Part shown: piece by piece, positions 9,412 to 19,769 of the stretch
Layout of the letters: the number at the start of each line of letters is the position of its first letter
Position numbering within the stretch: the first letter of the stretch is position 1
Sequence record: NC_070985.1
Strand: one strand, 5' to 3'
DNA length: 64,000 nt
Source: Escherichia phage O18-011
The notes under the pieces: model-generated
The model's input: the letters and a program-made list of their open reading frames with translations, nothing else
Told to the model about the DNA's origin: nothing
Databases searched by the model: none
Position numbers and translations under genes: made by a program

Positions 9412-10230
9412 ATGGAAGATGTTAAGCTTCCTGAAGTAGCAATTGTGGACGCGGATGTTCTTCGTTATGAAGTGGGTGCTCTTACTCAGGAGCATCCCTT
9501 TCTTGACACAGGACGTGTTCCAGTTGATTATAATTTCATGATTGAACGACTTCAGTACAAGATAGATACTATCATTGCTCGCTCAGGTTGCAGTAAGGTT
9601 GTGTTCTACTTCAGCGAAGGCGGTAACTTCCGTTTCGATGTTGCTAAGCAGCAAGACTACAAAGCAAATAGACCTCCCGGAGAAAGACCTTTTCACTGGC
9701 AAAATGTCGGTGATTATATTAAAGGTAAATATGAATACATAGATGTATTTGGGAGAGAGGCTGATGATGCACTAGCTGAGAGGCAACGTAGAGATAAGAA
9801 CACTATTATCTGTACTAGAGACAAAGATTTGTTGATAACTCCCGGATGGCATTATCGTTGGGCTTGTGGAGAAAGACAGAAAGAAGTTCCTCCTCACTAT
9901 GTATCTGATTTAGTTTCATGGCAAAACTTCTTCTATCAGATGTTGATTGGAGATGGTACAGATAATATCCCCGGATGTGGAGAACGTAAAGAAGTTATGT
10001 GGGGCGGTAAGCTCCAGCTTCGACGTCAAGGAATAGGAAAGAAAGCAGCAGCTAAGTTATTGGCTGGTGCTACAGACAAGTGGACCATGTATCATATAGT
10101 ACGAATGGAATATTATAAGAAGTTCGATACTGAAGATGAAGAGAAGATGCTTGAGAATGCTCGTCTGCTCTTTGTTGGTCAAACTCCAGAAGACCTGTTC
10201 GACTGGACATGGTTAAACAAATCTTGGTAA
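9412..10230 (+). CDS. 5'-3' exonuclease (FEN / T7 gp6 / T4 RNase H family)
   Basis: ATG 9412 after GGGAGAG; motifs YKANR, EADD, DKDL and GDGTDNIPGCGERK...GIGKKAAAKLL (H3TH region). Confidence 0.7.
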   Translation: MEDVKLPEVAIVDADVLRYEVGALTQEHPFLDTGRVPVDYNFMIERLQYKIDTIIARSGCSKVVFYFSEGGNFRFDVAKQQDYKANRPPGERPFHWQNVGDYIKGKYEYIDVFGREADDALAERQRRDKNTIICTRDKDLLITPGWHYRWACGERQKEVPPHYVSDLVSWQNFFYQMLIGDGTDNIPGCGERKEVMWGGKLQLRRQGIGKKAAAKLLAGATDKWTMYHIVRMEYYKKFDTEDEEKMLENARLLFVGQTPEDLFDWTWLNKSW

Positions 10231-10243
10231 TAAGGATATTATA

Positions 10244-10435
10244 ATGGGTAAATTTGATTATCGTTCATATGATGAAAACTCCTCCAATCGCGAATCTCGA
10301 AAAGAGCAGCGTATTAAATATAGTCATGAATTAGGCAATCGCTATATTAAAGAAAAGCGTGAAAAAGTATCACATCGAGTGGATAAGCGTGTATGGGAAG
10401 AAGACGATATGAGTATAGGTTATGGCGAAGGCTGA
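10244..10435 (+). CDS. hypothetical small basic protein
   Basis: ORF track; SD TAAGGA upstream. Confidence 0.4.
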   Translation: MGKFDYRSYDENSSNRESRKEQRIKYSHELGNRYIKEKREKVSHRVDKRVWEEDDMSIGYGEG

Positions 10436-10823
10436 GAAGACTCGCTGTAGTGGAATGTGGACTGAAGCTCGTTATAACTCTTTCATCAAGTCAGGGATTC
10501 GTTCTCTGACTAGAAAGTGGAAGCCCATGTTCGATGCATTAGCAGACGCCAAGACAGAGCAGAAGATTAACCCAAAGACAGGAAGACTGGCAATGCACTT
10601 TAAGTGTGCCATGTGTGGTTCTGACCACCCTGTAAAGGATATGGCTATTGACCACATAGAGCCTATAGTTCCTCTTGACCATGAAGCAACTTGGGATGAA
10701 ATCATCTCTCGTGCCCTGTGTGAGAAAGAGGGTTTTCAGGTTCTATGTAAAGACCCTTGTCATAAACTAAAAACAAAGATGGAAAATGATGCAAGAAAAC
10801 AATTCAAAAAAGGAAATGAATGA
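10422..10823 (+). CDS. HNH endonuclease (terminase-associated type)
   Basis: CAMCGSDHPVKDMAIDHIEPIV...CKDPCHKLKT (Cys pairs flanking H-N-H core); lies next to, and convergent with, large terminase. Confidence 0.6.
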   Translation: MAKAEKTRCSGMWTEARYNSFIKSGIRSLTRKWKPMFDALADAKTEQKINPKTGRLAMHFKCAMCGSDHPVKDMAIDHIEPIVPLDHEATWDEIISRALCEKEGFQVLCKDPCHKLKTKMENDARKQFKKGNE

Positions 10824-10849
10824 TGATCAAAAATCTACGCAACAAGTGC

Positions 10850-12391
10850 TTAGTAGCTCTGATTCCATCTGCTTACGTTTGCCTCATATAAAGAAGCACT
10901 TCCGTAGCTAACATCATGCTTAGAGCGACCACGATGTGTAACAGAGCACGCTGAATAGCGCATTGCATCCATTAAGTCATCATGTTCTTTAATAATCTTA
11001 CCAACCTTACGGTGATATCTAGCTTTCTCTTCGAATAGCTTAGCGTTAGCGGCTGTGTTAAAGACTTTAAAGCGTCCACTCATCATTCTTTCTCGGATAT
11101 CTGTGATTCCCGGTTCTACAAAGAAGTTCTTTTTACCATCCATTCCAATTTTGTTGTAGAAGGTCTCACTCTGTACGTTAACTCCTGCATTCTTATAGAA
11201 TTGAGCAACAGATGAACCACTACCTTTCTCAGTATTGTCCGCATCATGCGGTAGGATGACAGGAATCCACTGACCACGACCATTAATAGCTGGAGCATGA
11301 TACACTGGAGTAAAGCCACCTTCTTTATATGAGTCGTAAACATAGATAGTATCCGTGTTTGCATCGTAAGCTGTCCAAACAGCAGCAGTTGGGTGATCGA
11401 TACCAATATCAATTGCACAGACACGTTTCCACGTATCAGGAATTTCGAATGGTTCACATTTAATTGTGTCATCCGATACATCATAAATCAAACCACTTCC
11501 TAACAATGGCATACCTTTTGAACGCATCTCTAACTGCCACGCTGGAATACCTTCAGTCATATCTTTTATATCTTGGTCAGTGATGTGTCCACCTAGGTCT
11601 GCATGAGCATCCCACCAAGAAGCATTCTGGAAATATAGAGAACCTGTGCTCTCATCCCCTTCACCTTTCATAAATTTATCTACCAGTTCAGTTAAACCGT
11701 TCTCTGGTGTAGCTGTAATTGTAACTAGACCTTTAGTTGTGAGTGTACGTGTGACGCACTGTGCGAATATAGCCATAGACTCGTATGGATCTTCTTCGTC
11801 TAACCAAATGTAGTCAACTGTTGCACCCATCAATGTGTGTTCACCCTGTTGGGTTGAACGGAATTCTAATGTACTTAAACCGTCAAACTCTCCTCTTTCA
11901 TTTTGATGTTTGATTTGTACGATTTGAAGTTTGTTACCATCTCGTTCTATCGTATCAATGACGATAGCATCACGAGGAATGACACCTGTCCCTAATAAAT
12001 TTGTATCCTTTCCGATAGGTGTACCAAACAATTCCTTTTGCAATACTTTCCTTGTGGAATCCCCTGTAATACCAACTGCCCATGCTAAGATAGGTCTTTT
12101 AAATTTGTATCCTGTCCACCAAGTTGGGTAGCGACCTGTGACATGACAAGCAAACTCGTATGCCTCGCTATAAGATTTACCAACACGGTTCGCTGCACAC
12201 AAGAATCTAAAGCGATGCTTCAATCCTGCTGCATAAAATTTCTTTTGGAAGTCATACGCCTTGAAAGACAAAATCTTATTATACTTCCTCCATTGGTCAC
12301 GCTCTTTCAACATATTCAACAGTGCTTTCTTTTCCTCTACACTAAGATTGTTACCAGTTAGAGCTTCATAAATTTGTTTATCTAATGACAT
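10850..12391 (-). CDS. terminase large subunit
   Basis: 513 aa; Walker A-like AANRVGKS, Walker B-like YIWLDEED, C-terminal nuclease-like region; end of virion gene block. Confidence 0.75.
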   Translation of the reverse strand: MSLDKQIYEALTGNNLSVEEKKALLNMLKERDQWRKYNKILSFKAYDFQKKFYAAGLKHRFRFLCAANRVGKSYSEAYEFACHVTGRYPTWWTGYKFKRPILAWAVGITGDSTRKVLQKELFGTPIGKDTNLLGTGVIPRDAIVIDTIERDGNKLQIVQIKHQNERGEFDGLSTLEFRSTQQGEHTLMGATVDYIWLDEEDPYESMAIFAQCVTRTLTTKGLVTITATPENGLTELVDKFMKGEGDESTGSLYFQNASWWDAHADLGGHITDQDIKDMTEGIPAWQLEMRSKGMPLLGSGLIYDVSDDTIKCEPFEIPDTWKRVCAIDIGIDHPTAAVWTAYDANTDTIYVYDSYKEGGFTPVYHAPAINGRGQWIPVILPHDADNTEKGSGSSVAQFYKNAGVNVQSETFYNKIGMDGKKNFFVEPGITDIRERMMSGRFKVFNTAANAKLFEEKARYHRKVGKIIKEHDDLMDAMRYSACSVTHRGRSKHDVSYGSASLYEANVSRWNQSY

Positions 12392-12593
12392 TTCGCTTTC
12401 GCTATCGAAATTGGAGAGGCGAGGTTGCTGACCGGTCCGTTATTCCACTCCGAACCTCCGTTGCTAGCTCCCGTTTTCATAACGGTGGCAAACCTTGTTG
12501 GATTATGACAGCAATTGATGTAGAGAAAAATGAGATTCGCGAGTTCAAGCTCTCAGACATTATTCAGTATTACGATTTAATCTAGAAACAAAT

Positions 12594-12626
12594 AAAGCCC
12601 CCTTTCTTTCGATTGGGGGCTTTTCT
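12594..12626. terminator. hairpin terminator, T-runs on both sides
   Basis: AAAGCCCCC-loop-GGGGGCTTT flanked by T-rich tracts on both strands; downstream of the 1473 aa gene. Confidence 0.5.
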
Positions 12627-12630
12627 TTTA

Positions 12631-15600
12631 TCACTCCTTAGGTCGAACTCTTACACGGAGTCTCGATTGACGCTTACTGCGTTCAAGCTTCTCTGACAAT
12701 GAGCCACGTTTAATCTTCGGCTTCCCTTCGTCATTAAACTTCTCCAAGAACTGCAAGTACTCAGTACGATTCGTTGTCTTGTAAGAAGGAATCTTAATAT
12801 CAGGGTTCTCTTCAATTACACGTCTCATCTTCGCTACATCATCCCTACCAAGCAACTTACTCTTAGCTTGTTCAGCTGTAGAACCAAAGATCTTCTCCAG
12901 TGCTCTGGATTTGTTACCACCTGCGGAAGAAGCACCAAGTTTAGCAATAGCAGAATAATCATCAGCACTAAACCAAGCTACCGGATTATCACCATACTTC
13001 TTCTTGTTTTCAGCAGCAGTCTGCAATGCACGTACAAAGCGACGGTTGTTACCAGCCTTATCTGCACCATGAACCCTGTCTAAAACTTCAGCCACACTAG
13101 CCAACTCATCCAAGCTCTTCCCATTCAAGAAAGCTTTCTCTGCTTTATCAGCAAAGGCTTCTTCCTGCTGTTTAATGCTTTCCAAGATATCAGAATTTGC
13201 TTGAGATTTTTCATCGTCAGGCAGAGCAGAACGAATCTTCTCCATCTCCATCTCTTCCTCTTGCAGTTTCTTAATATCAGAGTCAACCTTCTGAGCCTCT
13301 TCAACAGCCTTCCTAGTATCCGCATCCAAGTTATCAAGCTTACCTTCAGTATCTCCAGTAATCTTAACAATCTCTTTCTCGATAGGAGTCATTGATTCAT
13401 ACTTCTTAGCAAACTTCTCAACATCAGCCTCGATACGAGAGCGAGCATTCTGATGTTCAGTTGGAGTCATAGGCTTATCAAGAAGTGCATAACGGTTATC
13501 CATGTAGGAACCAGCAAATGCTTCAGCATCCTCTTTAGATATGCCTTTATCTTCCAAAGTATGCATCAGGCGACGATGAATGTCATCACGTTGACGTTGT
13601 ACTGCCATAAGATCATTCTCACGCTTCTGAGCCGCTTTAAGCTCTTCACTGCGCTTAACTCTTTTGTCTATATCAAACTTACGGTCCATCTCTTCCGCTT
13701 GCTCATACATCTTATTCCACTTAGCCTGACGAGCATCTTCCTCTGCATCAGTTAAACGACGCTGACGGTCAAGGTAATCTGACTCGGCGTTATGGATACG
13801 TTCAATGTAACTACGGAACTTCTCTGGAGGTACTGGAGAGTTCTTGTCGTGGTGAGCAGCCAACTGTTTCAATGTACGAGATTCCTGAGCCTCACGAACA
13901 GGTTTAGGTAAACCTTCCATCATCTTCTCAATCTCACTCTTCTGAGCTGCAATAGCCTCTAGAGTTTTACGTTCATTTTCAACAGCAGCTTTAGCATCTG
14001 AACGAGCCTGTGCCTTATTTCTCAGAGTAGCAAGACGTTCTTCACGAGCCTGCAAGTGTTTAGCAGCAGCTTCGTATTGAGAGTTCTTGTTAGCTTTGTT
14101 GAAGGCATTCACTTCTCTGTTATAGGTGTTAATGAACCCATCCCAAATATCCTTCATCTGACCAACTTCCAAAGCCTCTTCCCTACCAGCTTTCTCTGAA
14201 GATTTAAACTTCCCATCTACAAAGTCATTCATCAGCCTACGCATAGCATCTTTCTGAGCAGGACGTAAAGGTTCAGAATCAATCAAGGTGTCAATCTCAG
14301 ACTGAAGTTCTTTCTTCTGGTCAACCAGTTTAGGAGCATCCTTCTTATCGAAAGCTTTGTTTTCTTCCAGAGCTTCTTGATATAACCTATCAAACTCAGC
14401 CTCGCGTTGCTTCTGATATAACCTTTCAGCACGACGTTTCAGACTATCCAAGTTAGTAACGTTCCCACCTAAACCCTTCTCTTCAGAACGTAATGCCTTA
14501 GTAGCAATGTCTTCTGGCAGACCGCGTTCCTTAACCCATTCAGCAAAGTTAGTTCGTACAGTGTTGTTCTTAGCAGTAGCAATACCTTGCTGAGAAGCTA
14601 ACTGATTACGAGCCATCTCTTCATGACGTTCAGTGTTGATAGCATTATCTTCCTGACGAATACGACGCATCAATTCCTTAGGATCACCCTTGTAAGCCAA
14701 GAAGTTTTCAGCAGTAGCTTTAGCCTTAGCAGCCTTAGAGTACAGAGAGCGAGCAAAACGTTCTGCACGATCTTTAGTAGCCTGACGAGCAGCACTAGAC
14801 ATAGCAGCTAAACGTTCTACACCACTTGCCGGTTTAACGTCCTGTACAGCTTCCTTAGGAGCTTTAGGAGCACGGGCAGGTAATGGCTCAGCTTTGACTG
14901 TTGGTTCCTCTACGGTTGGTTCTGGAGCCTGTGCGGCCTCTTCTTGAGCACGTTGCTGTTCCATTGCACGACGTTCCTCTAAAGGATTACGAGCAGGGAG
15001 TGGTTCAGCCTGTGGAGCCTGTTCAACCGGAGCTTCTTGAGCTGCCAACGCCTCTTCTTCAGCACGACGCTGTTCAGCCTGACGGATAGCACGTCTTTGC
15101 GCAACCAAATCACGAGCTGTAAGAGGAGATTCTTGAGGAGCAGAAGAAGGAAGATTTTCTTCCGTCACAGTACTAGAAGAAGGCTCCCGAACCGGTTCGG
15201 TTTCCACGTCATTTTGCGTCTTAAATTTAATGTCATCAACAACTGGTTCTTCTTCCATCTTAGCACGAGCTTCATCAGCAGTAGACTTAGCACGAGCAAC
15301 TTCCAAATCACCACGAGCGAGAGATCGGATAGCTTCACTGTTGGCTTCTTGTTGCTTAACACGTTGAGAGCGAGCACGCTGGGAGGAGAAGCGATTTATA
15401 GCATACTTAGCAGCACCAAGTGTATTCATAACCAGACTAGGAGAAGAAGCCTCACGGAAGCCATCATCAGTCAGGGAAGTCCAACCACGATCTTGGTTGC
15501 TCATGAACTTAGCTGTGTTGTTCAGAGTGTAAGCGTCTTGGATAGGATTAAAACCTTCAGGCATACCTTTCAGTTTCTTCAACCCACCAATAGCTTTCTT

Positions 15601-17052
15601 CATCTCTGGAGAAACATTATCAGCCATCTTCTGTAACTCAGCAGCTTTCTCTACAAAGTTATTAAAGTCTTCACCATCACGAGCTTTGAATCTATTTGCC
15701 TCGTTGTAGAAAGTCTTATAAGCATCAATGAAATCACGATCAGCTTGTGTGCGATTCTTAACGTCAAGTGGACTACCGGTGAAGTGTCCAGATGCTCTAA
15801 GAGAAGTTAATTCACGGTCTAGGTTATCTAGAACATCTGTAAGAGCTTTCGTGTTATCCTTGGTGTAGTCAGCCATTGCATCTTTCATAGCAACAGCTTG
15901 CTTCTGGTTGTGCTCGTTATCAGCGAAAGCTTTGCCGCGAACTTTAGCAGGAGAAGCCAAAGGATTGAGGCCCGGAATGTTAGAATGCTCTTTCTGAGCA
16001 GAAGCAGCTTTCTCAGCACGAGCTTGGTCTGTATTAAGAATACGCTGAGCAGCAGGAGAATCTACAGCAACAGCATCAGTAATACGGAATCCATTCTCAT
16101 CCAGAAGATTAAGAGCGGAAGCAGCGTTAGCAGTTTCAGCTTTAGAATAGGCTTCTTTCAGTTCATCAATATTCTTAGCACTACGAATCAGTTCATCGTC
16201 AGCAGCAATGTCAGTCTTTGCATACTCTGGAGTATTCTTGAAGACAGCAGAATCTGGACGGCTAATCAAACCATGAACACCACCAACTGCACCACCGAAT
16301 GCAGCACCCATAGCACCTTCTTCGATAACACCTTCTAATGTCTTAGCTAGATTATTATCATCACCATATTTGTTCTGAGCTTCAGCAGCACCTACAAGAG
16401 CACCACCTTTAGCACCAGCCACTGCGTTACTAGCAACGTTCTGACCGATACGACCAAGTGTGGATTCAGCTGTACCAACAGCACCCGGAAGGATTCTCTG
16501 AGCTGCATAGTTAGCACCACCAACTAAAGCTGCATCCAGAACAGACTTATCTTCCCCCTCTTCAGGGGTTTGGTCTGCGTATGCACGACCTGTCTCACGA
16601 CCAGCAATAATAGCAGCGGCAGCCAACGGGTTAGCAACGGTCATGCCAATATCACCAACAACGCCAGCATATTGACCAGCAGTTTTACCAATCCCATCCT
16701 CAATCTTATCCATACGTTCTTTCAGAAGGTTCTGAGAGTTCTCTTGGATACGCTTACCATAACTAGTTTGTGATCCAGCTAGATTCTCACCAATCTCAAC
16801 TAAACCACCAATACCTTTAGCAGCACTAGCTGCAATATTTGCACCACCAGATTGAAGAGCATTTGACACACCTTGAGCAAACTCACCTATAACACCACGT
16901 TCTTCTTGTTGTGGTTGTGCTACTGGCTGTTCCTCAGGAATAGAGCCACCTGCTGCCTTATATTGTTCTCTCATTTGAGCTTGTTGCTCCGGAGAGGCAT
17001 TCAGATACGCAGGAGCTTTGGAAGCTTCTTCCCACGGTTTAATGTTAGCCAT
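12631..17052 (-). CDS. large virion protein (coiled-coil, Ala/Glu/Lys/Gln-rich; possible internal/ejection protein)
   Basis: Start moved to ATG 17052 with SD AAGGAG 6 nt upstream (track start 17097); composition and size typical of podophage internal virion proteins; no polymerase motifs seen. Confidence 0.5.
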   Translation of the reverse strand: MANIKPWEEASKAPAYLNASPEQQAQMREQYKAAGGSIPEEQPVAQPQQEERGVIGEFAQGVSNALQSGGANIAASAAKGIGGLVEIGENLAGSQTSYGKRIQENSQNLLKERMDKIEDGIGKTAGQYAGVVGDIGMTVANPLAAAAIIAGRETGRAYADQTPEEGEDKSVLDAALVGGANYAAQRILPGAVGTAESTLGRIGQNVASNAVAGAKGGALVGAAEAQNKYGDDNNLAKTLEGVIEEGAMGAAFGGAVGGVHGLISRPDSAVFKNTPEYAKTDIAADDELIRSAKNIDELKEAYSKAETANAASALNLLDENGFRITDAVAVDSPAAQRILNTDQARAEKAASAQKEHSNIPGLNPLASPAKVRGKAFADNEHNQKQAVAMKDAMADYTKDNTKALTDVLDNLDRELTSLRASGHFTGSPLDVKNRTQADRDFIDAYKTFYNEANRFKARDGEDFNNFVEKAAELQKMADNVSPEMKKAIGGLKKLKGMPEGFNPIQDAYTLNNTAKFMSNQDRGWTSLTDDGFREASSPSLVMNTLGAAKYAINRFSSQRARSQRVKQQEANSEAIRSLARGDLEVARAKSTADEARAKMEEEPVVDDIKFKTQNDVETEPVREPSSSTVTEENLPSSAPQESPLTARDLVAQRRAIRQAEQRRAEEEALAAQEAPVEQAPQAEPLPARNPLEERRAMEQQRAQEEAAQAPEPTVEEPTVKAEPLPARAPKAPKEAVQDVKPASGVERLAAMSSAARQATKDRAERFARSLYSKAAKAKATAENFLAYKGDPKELMRRIRQEDNAINTERHEEMARNQLASQQGIATAKNNTVRTNFAEWVKERGLPEDIATKALRSEEKGLGGNVTNLDSLKRRAERLYQKQREAEFDRLYQEALEENKAFDKKDAPKLVDQKKELQSEIDTLIDSEPLRPAQKDAMRRLMNDFVDGKFKSSEKAGREEALEVGQMKDIWDGFINTYNREVNAFNKANKNSQYEAAAKHLQAREERLATLRNKAQARSDAKAAVENERKTLEAIAAQKSEIEKMMEGLPKPVREAQESRTLKQLAAHHDKNSPVPPEKFRSYIERIHNAESDYLDRQRRLTDAEEDARQAKWNKMYEQAEEMDRKFDIDKRVKRSEELKAAQKRENDLMAVQRQRDDIHRRLMHTLEDKGISKEDAEAFAGSYMDNRYALLDKPMTPTEHQNARSRIEADVEKFAKKYESMTPIEKEIVKITGDTEGKLDNLDADTRKAVEEAQKVDSDIKKLQEEEMEMEKIRSALPDDEKSQANSDILESIKQQEEAFADKAEKAFLNGKSLDELASVAEVLDRVHGADKAGNNRRFVRALQTAAENKKKYGDNPVAWFSADDYSAIAKLGASSAGGNKSRALEKIFGSTAEQAKSKLLGRDDVAKMRRVIEENPDIKIPSYKTTNRTEYLQFLEKFNDEGKPKIKRGSLSEKLERSKRQSRLRVRVRPKE

Positions 17053-17119
17053 AACGTCTCCTTTTATAAATAAAAATGTCCTACCCCCTATATACATTAT
17101 AGAAGGCAGGACTTAGGTC

Positions 17120-18775
17120 TTACTCAGTGAACCAGCTATTGTCTTCAACAGCTGATAAAGCACCATTTAGTTTAGGATTGGTTGCTGCACCACCAACTGC
17201 TTCTTCTGCTTCTTCAGAGAAAGCACCGAGAGGATCATAGAATCCACCAGAAGGAATTGCACGGTTAACTAATGCAGTAGCCCTCTTCTTATCCATACCA
17301 GAACCAATATAGGCGTTGATAGTATCTCTCTTAGCATCAGCAACACCTTTCATAGCAGAGGTGTGACCAACGTTAGCCTGTTTACGAGCATAAGCAAGAG
17401 CAGCATCAGTAGGACGCCATCCCGACTTCAGAGCGAACTTGTTACCCACACGGATAAAAATTGATGGGTCTTCTGCAAAATGTCCCAAGTCTTCTTCAGT
17501 AAGAGAACGAGTAGAACCAATTTCAGCCCTTGCGGAGTTCATGATAGCCTGCATGTAAGCAGAACGTGCCGTCTGGTAGTCCTTGTCCTTAACAGCCTTA
17601 TCAGCCAAGTCCAAGTCTTTGTTAGATTGGTTAAACAGACCACCTTTCTCTGCCCACTGCTTAGCAATTGTACCTTCAGCTGTATTCTGAGCGTTACGAA
17701 TTTCTTTCGTGGGGAAGTTAAAACTCTGAGCAACTTGTTCAGCACGCTCAGCCTTAACTTTATCGCGATAACCAATCAACTCTTTCTGACGTTCAAAGTT
17801 CATGTCAGTCCTCTTTTCAGCAGCACGACGAGTTTCCTCAGCACGCTCACGCATAGACTGCTCTTGAATCTGTTGACGTCTATCCCATTCAGCATTCTGA
17901 CGTTCTTCACGAGCAGCATACAGAGCTTCCTGTTGAAGAGGGTCTTTAGCTTTCATCTTCAGAAGAGAAGGATCACCCTGAGCAATGGCAGCTGCAATTG
18001 AGTCTTGAGAGAAACCTTGTTCAATCAGAGCATCACGGTTAGCTTCCAGTTGCTTTTTAGTCTCATCTTGATTAGCCATCCCCTGACCAATCTGGAATGC
18101 TTCGATAGGAGATTTACCTGACATGATAGAAAGACCAACACCCATCAAACCTGTGTAGAAACTGGAATTCTGATAGAAAGGTTCTTTCTGTAGTTTATTC
18201 CAAGCTTCTGAAGGGTCTTTAGCTTTAGCAACTTGCATGATATCATTATTAACACGTTCCTGATCTTTAGCACGAGTGGCAGCAGCCATCCCATCACCAG
18301 CGTCCTGACCTTGAGCAAGAGTGTTAACAACACCTTGTGCCTGCTCCACTTGAGAAGGAGTAAACTCCATAGGGCCAGCTTCTAGCGGCTTAGTAGGAGG
18401 TGTTACCGGAAGAGGATCGCTAGGCATAAGTCCAGCATCTTGTAAACCTTGATCAGTGGATAAATTAGGATTAGCTGCTACAGGGGTTGGTTCTCCAATA
18501 TCGATACCCTGAAGGCTTGTTGGAGTTCCTCGATTCTGTTGTTCCATAAGACGTTGCTGGAATCCCGGATTCACCATAGCATTCTGATCTTCTTCTGCCT
18601 GAGAGACAAGACCTGCGAGAGATGAAGGTACAGCAGGACGTTGGTACATAGAAACATCTGCTGTCTGAGTAGGTCTAGCCATATAAGGAGAGGCCGAAGC
18701 CGCTCCCGGATTAACACCATAGAAAGTATTTCTCGGGTCACGACTTCTGACCTGAGCGTAAGTTGTCTGTTGCAT
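17120..18775 (-). CDS. virion protein, function unknown
   Basis: ORF track; position within virion block. Confidence 0.5.
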   Translation of the reverse strand: MQQTTYAQVRSRDPRNTFYGVNPGAASASPYMARPTQTADVSMYQRPAVPSSLAGLVSQAEEDQNAMVNPGFQQRLMEQQNRGTPTSLQGIDIGEPTPVAANPNLSTDQGLQDAGLMPSDPLPVTPPTKPLEAGPMEFTPSQVEQAQGVVNTLAQGQDAGDGMAAATRAKDQERVNNDIMQVAKAKDPSEAWNKLQKEPFYQNSSFYTGLMGVGLSIMSGKSPIEAFQIGQGMANQDETKKQLEANRDALIEQGFSQDSIAAAIAQGDPSLLKMKAKDPLQQEALYAAREERQNAEWDRRQQIQEQSMRERAEETRRAAEKRTDMNFERQKELIGYRDKVKAERAEQVAQSFNFPTKEIRNAQNTAEGTIAKQWAEKGGLFNQSNKDLDLADKAVKDKDYQTARSAYMQAIMNSARAEIGSTRSLTEEDLGHFAEDPSIFIRVGNKFALKSGWRPTDAALAYARKQANVGHTSAMKGVADAKRDTINAYIGSGMDKKRATALVNRAIPSGGFYDPLGAFSEEAEEAVGGAATNPKLNGALSAVEDNSWFTE

Positions 18776-18788
18776 ATTTGTCTCCTAA

Positions 18789-19757
18789 TTAAGTACTAGC
18801 CAACCCACCGATTACACCCCCAGCTAATGCACCCCAAGGTCCAAAGGAAGAGCCTGCTGCTGCACCACTCATACCCCCGCCTAAGAAGCCACCCCTACCT
18901 CCAGATGTTTTAGTAGTTGTAGTTTGTCCGAGAGCACCGTTAAGTACACCTGCTGCACCGAGTTGGTTGTTGATATCCTGCCACCCCCAATTAGCTGCAT
19001 TCTGAGCATTCTGATAGGCATTATCATATTCATTCTGTTGTTGCTGTTGTTGCTGCAACCCTGCATTCCATTGGTTTAGTATTTGCTGTTGAGACAAATT
19101 AGCACCTTGCTGACCTAAGTTAGAAAGGTTAGAACCAATAGTAGAAAGACCTGAGAGAGCAGCTGCCTGATTCTGTCTGTTACCAGAGAGGATGCTTTCA
19201 GCTTGACTAATAGCTGAGTTATAGGCGCTATTGGTAATATCTGTTGCTTGTCCTTGCATCTGATTCAGAGCATCGCCTTGAGCAAAAGACTTAGCCATAC
19301 GAGCACCTGAACCCTGCTGACCAGCATACTGTTGAGCTAGCTGAGGAAGAGCATTACGTGCTAGGTTCTGTTGAACTTGTTCGTTATTAGCTGTAATAGC
19401 TGCTTGCACAGCATCATCATCATACAGTTGACCAGCAAGAGCACCAATCTGCTCCCCAGTAATCCCACCTTGTCCAGAGAGGCTCTGGTAGCCTTTATAG
19501 GCATTATCCAGATAACCCAACCCTTGACCTGCTGCATCCATATATTGCTGTGAGAGAGTCCCTAGAGCGCCAGATTGTGCCAAGTTGTTAAGAGCTTCTG
19601 TCTGGTTGTTATTAAACCCTACATTGTCACGATAAACATAATCCCCTGAACTAGTATTACCAATCTGTTGATTAAGCTGGTCAATATACTGTTGAATGTA
19701 TTCAGGGCGAATCATTTGGGAAGTAGTTTTACTACCCCCGCCTCCGAAAAGTCCCAT
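18789..19757 (-). CDS. Gln/Asn/Gly-rich virion protein, paralog 1
   Basis: Starts MGLFGGGGSKTT; Q/N-rich body; Gly-rich hydrophobic C-terminus; similar to next gene. Confidence 0.5.
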   Translation of the reverse strand: MGLFGGGGSKTTSQMIRPEYIQQYIDQLNQQIGNTSSGDYVYRDNVGFNNNQTEALNNLAQSGALGTLSQQYMDAAGQGLGYLDNAYKGYQSLSGQGGITGEQIGALAGQLYDDDAVQAAITANNEQVQQNLARNALPQLAQQYAGQQGSGARMAKSFAQGDALNQMQGQATDITNSAYNSAISQAESILSGNRQNQAAALSGLSTIGSNLSNLGQQGANLSQQQILNQWNAGLQQQQQQQNEYDNAYQNAQNAANWGWQDINNQLGAAGVLNGALGQTTTTKTSGGRGGFLGGGMSGAAAGSSFGPWGALAGGVIGGLAST

Positions 19758-19769
19758 ATCAAATCTCCT

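Noticed and set aside
12385-12585. 66 aa + strand ORF between the terminase start and the upstream terminator
   Set aside because: No RBS; lies antisense to the terminase 5' leader; G/C-rich with CCGTT-type repeats, more likely a regulatory or structured region than a gene.
15037-15636. 199 aa + strand ORF inside the 1473 aa - strand gene
   Set aside because: Antisense to a long, well-supported gene; Ser/Thr/Leu-rich low-complexity translation typical of antisense frames; no RBS.
12631-17052. Possibility that the 1473 aa protein is an N4-type virion RNA polymerase or a siphovirus tape measure
   Set aside because: Too short for an N4-like vRNAP and no polymerase-like motifs seen; the surrounding block lacks major-tail or sheath genes. 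Treated as an internal/ejection protein.
17480-18001. 173 aa + strand ORF inside the 551 aa - strand virion gene
   Set aside because: Antisense frame with leucine/serine-rich low-complexity sequence; no start context.
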